NCBI GenBank assembly: GCA_016202395.1 | Contig: JACQOV010000022.1 | Coordinates: forward strand, 1 to 51,440 | Length of the DNA: 51,440 nt | DNA from: Deltaproteobacteria bacterium | Lineage (GTDB): Bacteria; JACQOV01 | Direction: 5' to 3' | Translations under genes and position numbers: made by a program | Shown here: positions 9,896 through 19,361 of the stretch, one piece after another | How positions within the stretch are numbered: the stretch's first letter is position 1 | Layout of the letters: the number at the start of each line of letters is the position of its first letter | Notes under the pieces: generated by a model | Databases searched by the model: none | What the model saw: the letters and a program-made list of their open reading frames with translations, nothing else | Told to the model about the DNA's origin: nothing

Positions 9896-10879
9896 ATGCA
9901 GCTCTCTATTCAACGACGCATTCAGATGAGTTATTTTATTGCCATCCTTTTGGTGGCCCTCATTGGATTATTTTCGTTTTATTACTTGCATCGAATCCAT
10001 AAATCGCTTGAATCTATTTTCTCGAACGACCTGGAACGGGCTCAAACAGGAGAGGAGCTTCAAACCCAGTACCAGCAACTAGACCGCTATACTCAGGCGT
10101 TCCTGGCTCATCCTGAGGATGTGGCGGAACAAGAACGGTGGAAGAATGCTTTAGATCAGTTGATCCAAGAGATTCAGAAGGGGAAATCGGTTTCACTCGC
10201 TTCAAGCCAGCAAAATCTCCAAAAACTTCAGCTGCAAACGCAGAGAAACATGGGGCTTGTTTTGTTCCTCACTTTCTTTGGCGGAATTTTTATCGCCTTC
10301 TATTTCCCCAGCCGCGTCGTTTTGCCTATGCGCCGTTTTGTTTCAACGTTGCGAGAGGTTCAAGACTGCAATTTTGAGGCCTCCCTCAATATGAAGGGGG
10401 GGGATGAACTCGCTCAGGTTGGGCATGAGATCGATCGTTTGATCTCTCGAATTCGCGAGTTCGATGACATGAAAGTGAAGAAGATCGCTTTTGAACGTCG
10501 CAGATTCGACACCTTGGCCAACATGGTTGATATCGGCGTCGTTGTGGTGAACATTGAGAATCAGATTGTTTATATGAACTCGCAGCTCTTCACTGTCCTT
10601 GGCTTGGAGTCGGAGGAGGTCATCGGGAACGAGGTCGATTCAGCCCCGCTTCCCGATGAATTGAAAGATCTCCTAAGGGAAAGTTTGGATAAGAAGGAGA
10701 AATTTGATAATCACGAGATAACGATGTCGATTCGCAATAAAGAAGAAAAGGTGACCCCGGTCACAGTGAATGTGGATCTGGGGATGGTTCGGAACCATGC
10801 GGGGGATGTGGTGAATCTGATTGTGACGTTAGAGGAAAAGCAGACAAGCTGGGCGGAGAAGTTATTTCAGAGGATTTAA
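9896..10879 (+). CDS. membrane sensor-like protein (2 TM, HAMP, PAS) lacking an output domain
   Basis: TM-helical loop-TM; P..R...DELAQV HAMP; D.GVVVVN..NQIVYMN PAS; ends without an H-box or ATPase domain. Confidence 0.75.
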   Translation: MQLSIQRRIQMSYFIAILLVALIGLFSFYYLHRIHKSLESIFSNDLERAQTGEELQTQYQQLDRYTQAFLAHPEDVAEQERWKNALDQLIQEIQKGKSVSLASSQQNLQKLQLQTQRNMGLVLFLTFFGGIFIAFYFPSRVVLPMRRFVSTLREVQDCNFEASLNMKGGDELAQVGHEIDRLISRIREFDDMKVKKIAFERRRFDTLANMVDIGVVVVNIENQIVYMNSQLFTVLGLESEEVIGNEVDSAPLPDELKDLLRESLDKKEKFDNHEITMSIRNKEEKVTPVTVNVDLGMVRNHAGDVVNLIVTLEEKQTSWAEKLFQRI

Positions 10880-10881
10880 AG

Positions 10882-11874
10882 ATGGCATTCCCAAAAACTC
10901 GGATGAGGCGTCTTCGCAGAAACACAACGATTCGTCGCTGGGTGCGGCAGACGCGTTTAACGGCGGATCAGCTCGTCTACCCTTTGTTTGTTCAGTCGAA
11001 GCCAAAAGGGAGGCAAGCGATCTCTTCGCTACCCGGGCAATTTCGATATTCTGTCGATCCGATTGCTAAAGAGGCTAAGGCCGTTTATGCATTGGGGATT
11101 CCCGCAATTCTTCTTTTTGGAATTCCCAAAACGAAAGATGAAGCGGGCTCGGAGGCCTACGACGACGAGGGGATTGTTCAAGAGGCGGTTCGGGCCATTC
11201 GGAAAGCCGTTCCCGATCTTCTTGTCATTACCGATGTTTGTCTCTGTGAGTACACGAGCCAGGGTCACTGCGGTTGGGTCGATTCCTCTAGCAAAGAAAT
11301 TCGTGTAGACAATGATCGTTCTTTAGAACTTTTGTCTCGCATTGCAGTTTCACACGCAAAGGCGGGAGCTCACATCGTGGCTCCTTCCGATATGATGGAC
11401 GGGCGAGTGGCGGCGATTCGAGAGGGACTGGATCAAGAGGGTTTTACCGATGTTGCGATCCTTTCCTATGCCGCGAAGTTTTGTTCGAGCTTCTATGGCC
11501 CTTTTCGAGAAGCGGTTCGCTCCGCTCCGGAGCGAGGCGATCGGCGAACGTATCAGATGGATCCTGCCAATTCAAGAGAGGCTTTGAAAGAGATGGAGCT
11601 GGATTTGGAGGAGGGGGCCGATTTGCTGATGATTAAACCCGCGCTCCCTTATCTGGATATTATTGCCCTAGCTCGGCAGCGTTTTGAGGCTCCGATTGTT
11701 GCTTATCAGGTGAGTGGCGAGTATGCCATGATTAAATCCTCTGCTAAAAATAAAGATGAGGAGAGAGCATTGGCTCTGGAGACTCTAACGGCAATTCACC
11801 GTGCAGGGGCTGACATCCTGATCACCTATTTCGCCAAGGCATTGGCTCCTTATCTCTATCGTTTACGTCACTGA
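10882..11874 (+). CDS. hemB: porphobilinogen synthase (Zn-type)
   Basis: R.RRLR, DVCLCEYT..GHCG, APSDMMDGRV, YQMDP.N, IKPA, AYQVSGEY. Confidence 0.97.
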   Translation: MAFPKTRMRRLRRNTTIRRWVRQTRLTADQLVYPLFVQSKPKGRQAISSLPGQFRYSVDPIAKEAKAVYALGIPAILLFGIPKTKDEAGSEAYDDEGIVQEAVRAIRKAVPDLLVITDVCLCEYTSQGHCGWVDSSSKEIRVDNDRSLELLSRIAVSHAKAGAHIVAPSDMMDGRVAAIREGLDQEGFTDVAILSYAAKFCSSFYGPFREAVRSAPERGDRRTYQMDPANSREALKEMELDLEEGADLLMIKPALPYLDIIALARQRFEAPIVAYQVSGEYAMIKSSAKNKDEERALALETLTAIHRAGADILITYFAKALAPYLYRLRH

Positions 11875-13370
11875 ATGCGGATTTTTTCGAGAGGGAGTTG
11901 AGGATCCTCTTTAATGAGAATCTTTCGGTTGAGCTCTTTCTCAGCCTCTTTGATGAGGATGGCGTCTCCGTTCCTTAGCATCGCGCTGAGTTGGGGATGG
12001 AGGTAGACCGTCACCTTTCCCTTCTTCAATTCTAGCGATTTCCGTTTGATCTCGCGATAAACCTCAGAACAGATCGACTCCTCATTCTCAATCCAGCCCC
12101 GTCCCTCACAGGTGGCACAGGGTTGGGTGAGTGACCTGGTGAGGCTTTCCGCAACCCGGCGTCGGGTCATCTCGATGAGCCCCAGTTCCGAGATTTTAAA
12201 GACATTCGTTTGAGCGCGATCTTTTCGCAAGGCCTCCCTCATGGAGCGGAAGACCTTTTGTCGGTCGCTCTCTCGATTCATGTCGATGAAGTCAATGATG
12301 ATAATTCCTCCAATATTGCGCAGAATCAATTGGTGAACCACTTCTTCAGCCGCTTCAAGATTGGTCTTGAGGATGGTGTCTTCCAAATTTTTCTTTCCGA
12401 CAAATTTTCCGGTGTTTACGTCGATCACCGTGAGAGCCTCCGTTTCTTCAATAATGAGATAGCCTCCTGATTTCAGCCAAACCTTTTTGCTCAAGCCCTC
12501 GCGGATCTTGTTTTCAACTCCATAGTAATCAAAAATCGGCTCCGGACGATCAAAGTATTCAATGATCCCTTTTTGTCGTGGCAAGAACTTTTCAACGAAT
12601 TTAAGAATTTCCTCGTATCCCAGTTTCCAGTCCACAATAATCCGACGAACGTCGGGGGTTAAAAGATCTCGAACCGTCCGAATCGACAGATGGGGTTCTT
12701 CATACAACAGCGCGGGGATAGGGGTTGTTTCTCGCTTCTTTTGAATCTCGGACCAGAGAGCGAGGAGATAATCCAAATCGGCCTTGAGATCCTCCTCTCG
12801 AGCGCCGCAACTCGCGGTTCGAGCGATCACTCCTCCGCGAGAAGGGCGGATGGAGTCGATAAAACGTTTAAGCCTTCGTCTTTCCCGATCATTCTCAATT
12901 TTTTTGGAGACCCCTGTTAGGTCGAGTGTGGGCATTAGAACAAGGTATCGTCCCGGAAGAGAGATGTGGGAGGTGAGGCGCGCCCCTTTGGTGCCCAGCG
13001 GTTCCTTCGAGATCTGAACGATAACCTCTTGTCCCTCTTTCAAAAGGTCTTGGATCTGATCCGAGCGGCGTCCCCTAGAATATCTACGAAAATCCTCATC
13101 CTCTTCGGGCTCTTCTCCGGAGATCTCTTCAAGGCTTTTTAAGTCTTCGACGACGTCCGAGACATAAAGGAAGGCGGTTCGCTCCAAGCCAATTTCGACG
13201 AAGGCGGCCTGCATTCCTGGGAGAACTCGAACCACTTTCCCTTTGTAGACGTTCCCAACAACGCGCCGGTCTTTCTTGGATTCATAGTGAAACTCTTCAA
13301 GGACGTTGTTGTCGATGATAGCCACCCGTGTTTGGATGGGGTTGGATTCAATTAGGATCTTTTTAGGCAT
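11868..13370 (-). CDS. rng: ribonuclease G (Rne/Rng family, no long C-terminal scaffold)
   Basis: S1 domain VLPGMQAAFV; KGARLT; IDVNTG; GGIIIIDFIDM; CxxC. Confidence 0.93.
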   Translation of the reverse strand: MPKKILIESNPIQTRVAIIDNNVLEEFHYESKKDRRVVGNVYKGKVVRVLPGMQAAFVEIGLERTAFLYVSDVVEDLKSLEEISGEEPEEDEDFRRYSRGRRSDQIQDLLKEGQEVIVQISKEPLGTKGARLTSHISLPGRYLVLMPTLDLTGVSKKIENDRERRRLKRFIDSIRPSRGGVIARTASCGAREEDLKADLDYLLALWSEIQKKRETTPIPALLYEEPHLSIRTVRDLLTPDVRRIIVDWKLGYEEILKFVEKFLPRQKGIIEYFDRPEPIFDYYGVENKIREGLSKKVWLKSGGYLIIEETEALTVIDVNTGKFVGKKNLEDTILKTNLEAAEEVVHQLILRNIGGIIIIDFIDMNRESDRQKVFRSMREALRKDRAQTNVFKISELGLIEMTRRRVAESLTRSLTQPCATCEGRGWIENEESICSEVYREIKRKSLELKKGKVTVYLHPQLSAMLRNGDAILIKEAEKELNRKILIKEDPQLPLEKIRIQ

Positions 13371-13403
13371 AGGCCCTTACTGTATCGATTACTCCTCAGA
13401 AAA

Positions 13404-13526
13404 ACAAGCGTCCTCGGAAAGACCCACGGGTCCTGTCATGGGGCTTCCCCCAGGCGTGCTCCACTGTCCGCGCGCCTGGGGGTCCCCCGCCCCATGCCAC
13501 CCGTGGGTCTTTCCGAGGCGGCTTGT
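13404..13526. repeat. long palindromic element, copy 1 (76-bp core 13427..13502)
   Basis: Perfect 20-bp outer stem 13412-13431/13499-13518 plus nested stems; core repeated at 36201..36276. Confidence 0.9.
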
Positions 13527-13661
13527 GCTGTTTGAGTCCGAAGGGCGAGTTGAAGATTCCCCGCAACTTGGCTCTCGGGGAGCTTCAAATTTTGCCATCT
13601 CTATCAACTCACTGGGATATCTTTTCGAAGTAACGTTACGAAATTTTGGGGTATCCGTTAG

Positions 13662-13874
13662 GGGAGGTAGGTCTCTGAACGAGCGGTTCATTTCGAGCTG
13701 TGTCACTGTTGGCTCCGCAAAGCAGCGGAGCGGATGGCTCACAATCGGTGTCGATCCGTGAAGCCTGTCCTTTCCGTATGTGTTTCTCCAGGGTGAAATC
13801 AGGGGACGTAGCTGCTTTGCGAAGCTTACAGTGGCTAGGCGAGAAATGCTAGCGAGTTCAGAGACCTACCTCTC
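13662..13874. mobile_element. 213-bp MITE-like element
   Basis: 19-bp TIRs G(G/A)GAGGTAGGTCTCTGAAC with 1 mismatch; TTAG direct repeats at 13658-61 and 13875-78; internal stems. Confidence 0.65.
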
Positions 13875-13990
13875 TTAGAGGAGTTGAAAATTTCGTGAGA
13901 GAGTGAGGAAAAAACATTCCGGTGGATTCGAAATGGGAATAAGGTCGTCACCTTATTGATATCTTTATGCTTTTTTGATAGCTTAAAAAC

Positions 13991-14590
13991 ATGGTCAATA
14001 GCGCCGTTCTGGTGGTCAATCGGCTGTATGTCCCGATCCACGTAACAACAGTTCGTCGAGCCTTCACGCTTCTCTACGCGGGCATCGCCAAAGCGATCGA
14101 TCCGCAATTTCAGACCTTCGATTTCAAAAGTTGGGCCGAACTCTCGGTGATCGCTCATGAGGAAAAAGTGGGGCTCGTGAATCGCGCCATTCGAATCCCT
14201 CGTGTGATTGCGTTGCAAACCTATGATCGGATTCCGCGAAAACATATTCGGTTTAGTCGGATCAACATCTTTCTTCGAGACAAGAATACATGCCAATATT
14301 GCGGGCGGCATTTTTCCAAGGGCGAACTGAATATCGATCATGTGATTCCTAGGTCGCGAGGTGGGAAAACGGAGTGGGAAAACGTCGTTTGCAGCTGTTT
14401 CGATTGTAATCGCAGAAAAGGGGGCGAAACCCCGGGAGAGGCGAATATGACGTTGATTGCTCAGCCGCGAAAACCTCAACTCGCAACATGGGGGCGGATC
14501 TCGCTCCGGGGTTGTCCCTATGAGGAGTGGCGTCCGTTTTTGAGCTGGATCGACGCCTCCTATTGGAACGTGGAGCTTTCTCAAGAGTAA
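13991..14590 (+). CDS. HNH endonuclease (McrA-like, Zn-binding)
   Basis: RD..TCQYCG, IDHVIPRSRGG, WENVVCSC..CN..KG. Confidence 0.93.
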   Translation: MVNSAVLVVNRLYVPIHVTTVRRAFTLLYAGIAKAIDPQFQTFDFKSWAELSVIAHEEKVGLVNRAIRIPRVIALQTYDRIPRKHIRFSRINIFLRDKNTCQYCGRHFSKGELNIDHVIPRSRGGKTEWENVVCSCFDCNRRKGGETPGEANMTLIAQPRKPQLATWGRISLRGCPYEEWRPFLSWIDASYWNVELSQE

Positions 14591-14608
14591 CCCCCTAAGG
14601 AGGTTGGA

Positions 14609-15610
14609 ATGGAGATGTCTGTGCCTCAGGTTTTGGAACTTGTGCCCAAACGCGCGGCGGTGCGCTCGGTTTTGAAAGAGAAAGGGAATCTTCGACCTCC
14701 CATCGTTTGGGCTGTGGGAGGGGGGAAGGGGGGAGTGGGTAAAAGTTTTGTCGTGAGCAATTTGGGGATTTTCCTCGGCAAACAGGGGCATCGAACTCTT
14801 TTAGTGGATGCTGATTTTGGAGGCTCCAATCTCCACACCTTCTTGGGAATGTCCGCGCCGACGCGAGGCCTTCACGATTTCTTCGCGAAGCGTTCTCGCA
14901 ATATTGGGGAGTTGGTTGTTCCTACCGAGATCTCGGGAGTCTCCCTTTTGGGAGGGGCGCAATATTATTTGGAAGCGGCCAATCCGAAGTTCGCTCAGAA
15001 GGAACGGCTGCAACAAATTTTAACTCGCGCCGATACGGACTATGTGTTACTGGATCTTGGAGCCGGGACCGCTTTTTACATCCTGGATTTGTTCCTCTTC
15101 GCTCAAGAAAAGATAGTGGTCGTTAGCCCTGAGCCGACATCAGTGGAAAATGTCTATCAGTTTCTAAAAAGCGCCTTTTTCCGTTGGGTGAAGCGAGAGA
15201 TCTCCTCTCCACAAATCAAACAGTGGGTCGATCGAGCGATCGATCAACGCGCTGATAATGGAATTAAAACCCCGGTGGATCTTATCCAGCGGATCTCGGA
15301 GATGGATCCGCAACTGACAGAAGAGGTGGAAAATCTTCGCCGATCGTTTCGAGTGAAGCTGGTTGTCAATCAGGTCCGAACTTCAAAGGATAGTCGGTTG
15401 CTCGATGCGATTGTGCAAGCTTGTGATAAACATCTGGGATTAACGGTGGAGCCCTTGGGGTGTGTCCCATTTGATGATACCGTGTGGAAGTCCATCCGAA
15501 GTCGAAAACCTTTTGTGCAGCACTATTCTCATTCTGCCTCAGCTCGCCGTTTAGAGATATTGCTTAAAAAATTGGTTTTACCGGAAAAGGGTAAACATGG
15601 AGTTGCCTGA
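14609..15610 (+). CDS. MinD/FlhG(FleN)-family P-loop ATPase
   Basis: GGKGGVGKS deviant Walker A; DAD.G..NL; DLGAG; PEPTS. Confidence 0.88.
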   Translation: MEMSVPQVLELVPKRAAVRSVLKEKGNLRPPIVWAVGGGKGGVGKSFVVSNLGIFLGKQGHRTLLVDADFGGSNLHTFLGMSAPTRGLHDFFAKRSRNIGELVVPTEISGVSLLGGAQYYLEAANPKFAQKERLQQILTRADTDYVLLDLGAGTAFYILDLFLFAQEKIVVVSPEPTSVENVYQFLKSAFFRWVKREISSPQIKQWVDRAIDQRADNGIKTPVDLIQRISEMDPQLTEEVENLRRSFRVKLVVNQVRTSKDSRLLDAIVQACDKHLGLTVEPLGCVPFDDTVWKSIRSRKPFVQHYSHSASARRLEILLKKLVLPEKGKHGVA

Positions 15611-16193
15611 AGATTATTATTCTTTGCTTCGCATTCCTCACAACGCGACGGATGACGAGATTCGCCAGGCCTATGAGGAGGCCATGGAGATGTATGAGGA
15701 AGATGGAGTGGCCACCTACGGTCTCTTGACATCGGAAGAGAGGGCTGAGTTGTTGAAGCATGTCCGAGAGGCCTATCGAGTTTTAAGCGATGTGCTCCAT
15801 CGGCGGCGCTATAATGCTTCTCTGCCAAAGAAAGCTGCGGAGGCGAAAATTTCCCCTCAACCCGTCCCTTCTGCCGAGTCCGCAAAGGTGCCGTCAACGG
15901 TAGAGCCTCACAAGGTCCCAGACGAGATTTTACAAAAAGGGGGGCCGTTCGATGGCCCCACGTTGCGTTCTATTCGTGAACAAATGGCTGTTTCTTTGGA
16001 GGAGATCTCCGAATACACGAAGATCAGTATTGGGACTCTTCGTTTTGTGGAGGAGGAAAGGTTTCAAGTGCTTCCACCCCTTATCTATCTTAAAGCTTTT
16101 ATTAGCCAATACGCACGGTATCTCGGTCTGGATCCCCATCGAGTGGTGGAGGACTATCTCACTCGTTACCATCAAGCCATAGGGAAGTCCTAA
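15597..16193 (+). CDS. J-domain-like + RodZ-type HTH protein
   Basis: DYYSLL....AT..EI..AY...EAY.VLSD...R..Y N-terminus without HPD; C-terminal LR..RE...SLEEIS..TKI...YARYLGLD. Confidence 0.8.
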   Translation: MELPEDYYSLLRIPHNATDDEIRQAYEEAMEMYEEDGVATYGLLTSEERAELLKHVREAYRVLSDVLHRRRYNASLPKKAAEAKISPQPVPSAESAKVPSTVEPHKVPDEILQKGGPFDGPTLRSIREQMAVSLEEISEYTKISIGTLRFVEEERFQVLPPLIYLKAFISQYARYLGLDPHRVVEDYLTRYHQAIGKS

Positions 16194-16196
16194 ATC

Positions 16197-17117
16197 GTGA
16201 AACCCTCTGGATCACCGCGAATCGGTTTGGCCTTAGGGGGGGGCGCCGCAAGGGGGCTCTCTCATATTGGGGCGCTCGAAGGTTTGGAAGAGGCTGGTAT
16301 TCCGATGGATGTCATCGCAGGAACCAGCATGGGGGCTTTGGTGGGGGCTTGTTACGCTGCCTTTCCCAATGCCAGGAAGGTTCATGAAGCATTTCTCCGT
16401 TTCATCTATAGCGAGCACTTTCCAATCGATCGTTTTGATTTTCTTCGAGATCATCTCTCCGCCGAAGAGATGGAGGAGCCGCTCCCTGGACCGATCCAAC
16501 AGTTCAAGAAGGTTGTTCAGAAAGGGTTTTTTTATGGTTCCTCCGTGGTTCGCCGATCGTTTGTTCCTGAGGAGGATTTTCGCAAAGGGATCGAGATGCT
16601 TCTCCCCGACCTCAGAATCGAGCAGCTTTCTATCCCCTTTGTCGCCGTAGCCACCGATCTTAGTTCGGGTCGCGAAGTTCTTCTCTCCAAAGGTCCTTTG
16701 AGAGAAGCGGTTCTTGCAAGCTCTGCCATCCCGGGGGTTTTCCCTCCCGTTTCTTATGAAGGGCGCGAGCTGGTGGATGGGAGTTGGGTTCACAATATTC
16801 CAGTGGAACCGGTTCGAAAGCTGGGGGCTGATATCGTGATTGCAATGGATATCTCCAGGGATATCCAAGACACCTCCCATTGGAGACGAGGGCTCAATAT
16901 CGTGTTCCGCACCAATGCGATCACACGGAGTGTTCTTCAAAAAATCCAACTCCAAGGGAGCGATGTCTGTTTGCGCCCCGACATTGGGAGGATGCATTGG
17001 GGGGATTTTCGTGAACCCGAAGAGTGTATTGCCATCGGGAGGGAAGAGGCGTATCGAAAACTTCCTTTAATTCGATCGGTCATCAATCAATGGGCTTCGA
17101 AAGACATCAAAAGTTAA
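16197..17117 (+). CDS. patatin-like phospholipase (NTE/RssA family)
   Basis: LGGGAARG, GTSMG nucleophile, S.AIPG.FPP, DGS. Confidence 0.92.
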   Translation: MKPSGSPRIGLALGGGAARGLSHIGALEGLEEAGIPMDVIAGTSMGALVGACYAAFPNARKVHEAFLRFIYSEHFPIDRFDFLRDHLSAEEMEEPLPGPIQQFKKVVQKGFFYGSSVVRRSFVPEEDFRKGIEMLLPDLRIEQLSIPFVAVATDLSSGREVLLSKGPLREAVLASSAIPGVFPPVSYEGRELVDGSWVHNIPVEPVRKLGADIVIAMDISRDIQDTSHWRRGLNIVFRTNAITRSVLQKIQLQGSDVCLRPDIGRMHWGDFREPEECIAIGREEAYRKLPLIRSVINQWASKDIKS

Positions 17118-18034
17118 CGGTACTGAAAGAACAGGAGGGGGCTCGACTCGATCTGTTTCTTAAAGAAAGGCTCATCGATTCCACCCGTTCGCAGATTCAT
17201 CGTTGGGTGGAAGAGGGATACGTTGCGATCAACTCCAAAATGGCCCGTAAAGCGGGCAAGAGATTGCGCTCTCAGGATTGTGTCGAGATTGCTGTTCCAG
17301 CTATCCCCAGCGCTTTAGAGCCAGAGCCGATCCCCTTAAAGATTTTGTACGAAGATGAATCGATTGTGGTCATCGATAAGCCCGCGCATCTCGTCGTTTA
17401 TCCCGGAGCGGGGCATCGCACGGGGACTTTAGTTCATGCTCTCGTTTACCGATTTCCTTCGATCGCCTCTGTCGGTGGAAAAGGGAGGCCCGGGATCGTT
17501 CATCGTTTGGATAAGGGGACCTCGGGGGTTTTAGTGGTTGCAAAGACGGCCGCCGCCTATCATTCCTTAGTGAGGCAGTTTGAGAAACGAACCGTGGATA
17601 AACGTTATCGGGCCGTTGTCTTGGGAGAACTTTCTCGCGATTCTGGCTCCATTGAACTTCCGATCGGTCGCGATCCCCATCAACGAAAGAAGATGTCAAT
17701 TCGATCGCGCCGAGGGAAAGAGGCATGGACTCAGTATTGCGTGAGAGAACGATTGAAGGGGGCCACCGATGTGGAATTGGTCCTTCATTCCGGAAGAACT
17801 CATCAGATTCGGGTTCATATGGGTGCGCTGAGTCACCCGGTTTTTGGCGATAAAACCTATGGGGGGATGCCACCGAAGGGGGGCCGACTCTATCTTTTAG
17901 CGGAGGCGCTGGGTCGCCCCGCTCTTCACGCGGCACGAATGGGGTTGGATCATCCGGCGAGTGGAGAAAGGATGAACTTTGAGGCCTCCTTGCCAGAGGA
18001 TATGGAGTTGCTGCTCAAAAAATTGCATTTATGA
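17090..18034 (+). CDS. rluD: RluD-family pseudouridine synthase
   Basis: N-terminal S4 domain (RLDLFL); HRLDKGTSG; GRTHQIRVH; start at ATG 17090 inferred. Confidence 0.9.
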   Translation: MGFERHQKLTVLKEQEGARLDLFLKERLIDSTRSQIHRWVEEGYVAINSKMARKAGKRLRSQDCVEIAVPAIPSALEPEPIPLKILYEDESIVVIDKPAHLVVYPGAGHRTGTLVHALVYRFPSIASVGGKGRPGIVHRLDKGTSGVLVVAKTAAAYHSLVRQFEKRTVDKRYRAVVLGELSRDSGSIELPIGRDPHQRKKMSIRSRRGKEAWTQYCVRERLKGATDVELVLHSGRTHQIRVHMGALSHPVFGDKTYGGMPPKGGRLYLLAEALGRPALHAARMGLDHPASGERMNFEASLPEDMELLLKKLHL

Positions 18035-18822
18035 TCGAAATACTTCAAGATTCTCATTGGGAGAAAATCCCCAATTTAGTGTATGGATTCACCACGCGTT
18101 GGGGAGGGGTTTCCAGCCCTCCTTATGAAGAGTTCAATGGGTCTCTTTCCGTTGGGGACGATCCATTGGCTGTGGAGACGAATCGAAAGCGATTCTCGGA
18201 GCAATTAGGCATTTCCCTCTCTCAGTGCTTTACGGTTCGTCAAGTTCATGGGAATGATATTCTCGTGATCGATAAAGAAGGGTCTCTCCCCGATTCGAAA
18301 GATTTACAGAAAGGGCACGATGCTTTAATCACGAATCGTGTAGAGGTGTTGTTGGGCATTCAGACAGCCGATTGTTTACCCCTCTTAATGGTGGATGTTG
18401 AGAAAAATGTGGCGGCTGCGGTTCATGCGGGGTGGAAAGGAACCTACCTTGGCATTGCCATGAAGGTGATTGCGGAGATGAGCCGGCTTTATCAATCCTC
18501 ACCGCGAGAGGTTCAAGTTCTTTTAGGGCCGTCGATAGGGCGCTGCTGTTATCAGTTTGGAGATCCAGAGATCCAGGAATTCAAAGAACGTTACCTTCAT
18601 CACGCCCGCTGGATTGAGTCTCGGAGCGGTTCCTATTTTCTGGATATTCGAGAAGCGAATCGCTGTCAATTATTATCGCGAGGAGTTCCTGCCGAAAATA
18701 TTCGATCGATCACCCGATGCACTTGTTGTGAAAGGGAGGAATTTTTCTCTGTCCGTCGCGAAGAAACCACAGGTCGGCATCTCAATTTTATTATGCTCCG
18801 CTCTAAAGGGGGTCTCCGATGA
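18031..18822 (+). CDS. pgeF: PgeF/YfiH purine nucleoside phosphorylase (laccase-like)
   Basis: TTR.GGVS, QVHG, TADC.P, HAGWKG, GPSI..CCY; follows rluD. Confidence 0.93.
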   Translation: MIEILQDSHWEKIPNLVYGFTTRWGGVSSPPYEEFNGSLSVGDDPLAVETNRKRFSEQLGISLSQCFTVRQVHGNDILVIDKEGSLPDSKDLQKGHDALITNRVEVLLGIQTADCLPLLMVDVEKNVAAAVHAGWKGTYLGIAMKVIAEMSRLYQSSPREVQVLLGPSIGRCCYQFGDPEIQEFKERYLHHARWIESRSGSYFLDIREANRCQLLSRGVPAENIRSITRCTCCEREEFFSVRREETTGRHLNFIMLRSKGGLR

Positions 18823-19307
18823 TTTGGATTCTCTTAAGCGCCCTCCTTTTGTATCTTGTGATTCAAATCTATGGAGTGGATCAACGGTTAGCCACCCTTG
18901 TGGAGGAGGCCCAAGAGGTGATTTTACGTTTGCTTCGCAGACGTTGGCAACACGTGGCCGAATTTCTAAAAAAAGAGCCTGCTCTCACATCCTCATTTTC
19001 CTTCCCCCCTCGGCTTCCTTCCACGGAGAGTCCCTATCCCGAGGGGTTGACTTGGGATGAAGAGCTCCGATTAGCGGACCAACTGGCCCACTCGTTACGA
19101 TCCACCCCGGGCCCTCTTCTAAAAGAACTTCAAGAGATCGAATCCCAGTTGCAGATGGCGGTGCAGTATCATCGAAGCGCAAGCCGCTCTTGGAATGAAT
19201 TCCGGAAGCCTGTTTGGAGAGGTTGGGTCCGCCTTTTCTCAAGGCGAGGTTTTGCCGCGGAACCGATCCTGCCTTCCATCACCGTGGTTGTTCAAAAAAT
19301 ACGATAA
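18819..19307 (+). CDS. membrane-anchored helical protein, LemA-like
   Basis: N-terminal TM; 'L..RW..V.' and 'EL..IE..L..A..Y......WN' patterns. Confidence 0.5.
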   Translation: MIWILLSALLLYLVIQIYGVDQRLATLVEEAQEVILRLLRRRWQHVAEFLKKEPALTSSFSFPPRLPSTESPYPEGLTWDEELRLADQLAHSLRSTPGPLLKELQEIESQLQMAVQYHRSASRSWNEFRKPVWRGWVRLFSRRGFAAEPILPSITVVVQKIR

Positions 19308-19361
19308 ACCGATTCTGCTTGATAAAACATTGTTTTCGTGATAGTTTCATCCCACCTCTGC

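Noticed and set aside
13662-13874. 6S RNA, SRP RNA, RNase P RNA or tmRNA
   Set aside because: Size and rod shape suggest 6S, but near-perfect terminal repeats with a TTAG duplication fit a MITE better. No RNase P, SRP or tmRNA signature was seen. Not excluded without cmscan.
13991-14590. IscB/Cas9-like RNA-guided nuclease
   Set aside because: Only 199 aa, with no RuvC motifs, PLMP motif or bridge helix; an ordinary stand-alone HNH.
13306-14791. ORFs 13306..13761, 13389..13742 and 13835..14791
   Set aside because: They read through GC-rich palindromes or are antisense shadows of the HNH and ATPase genes; no protein motifs.
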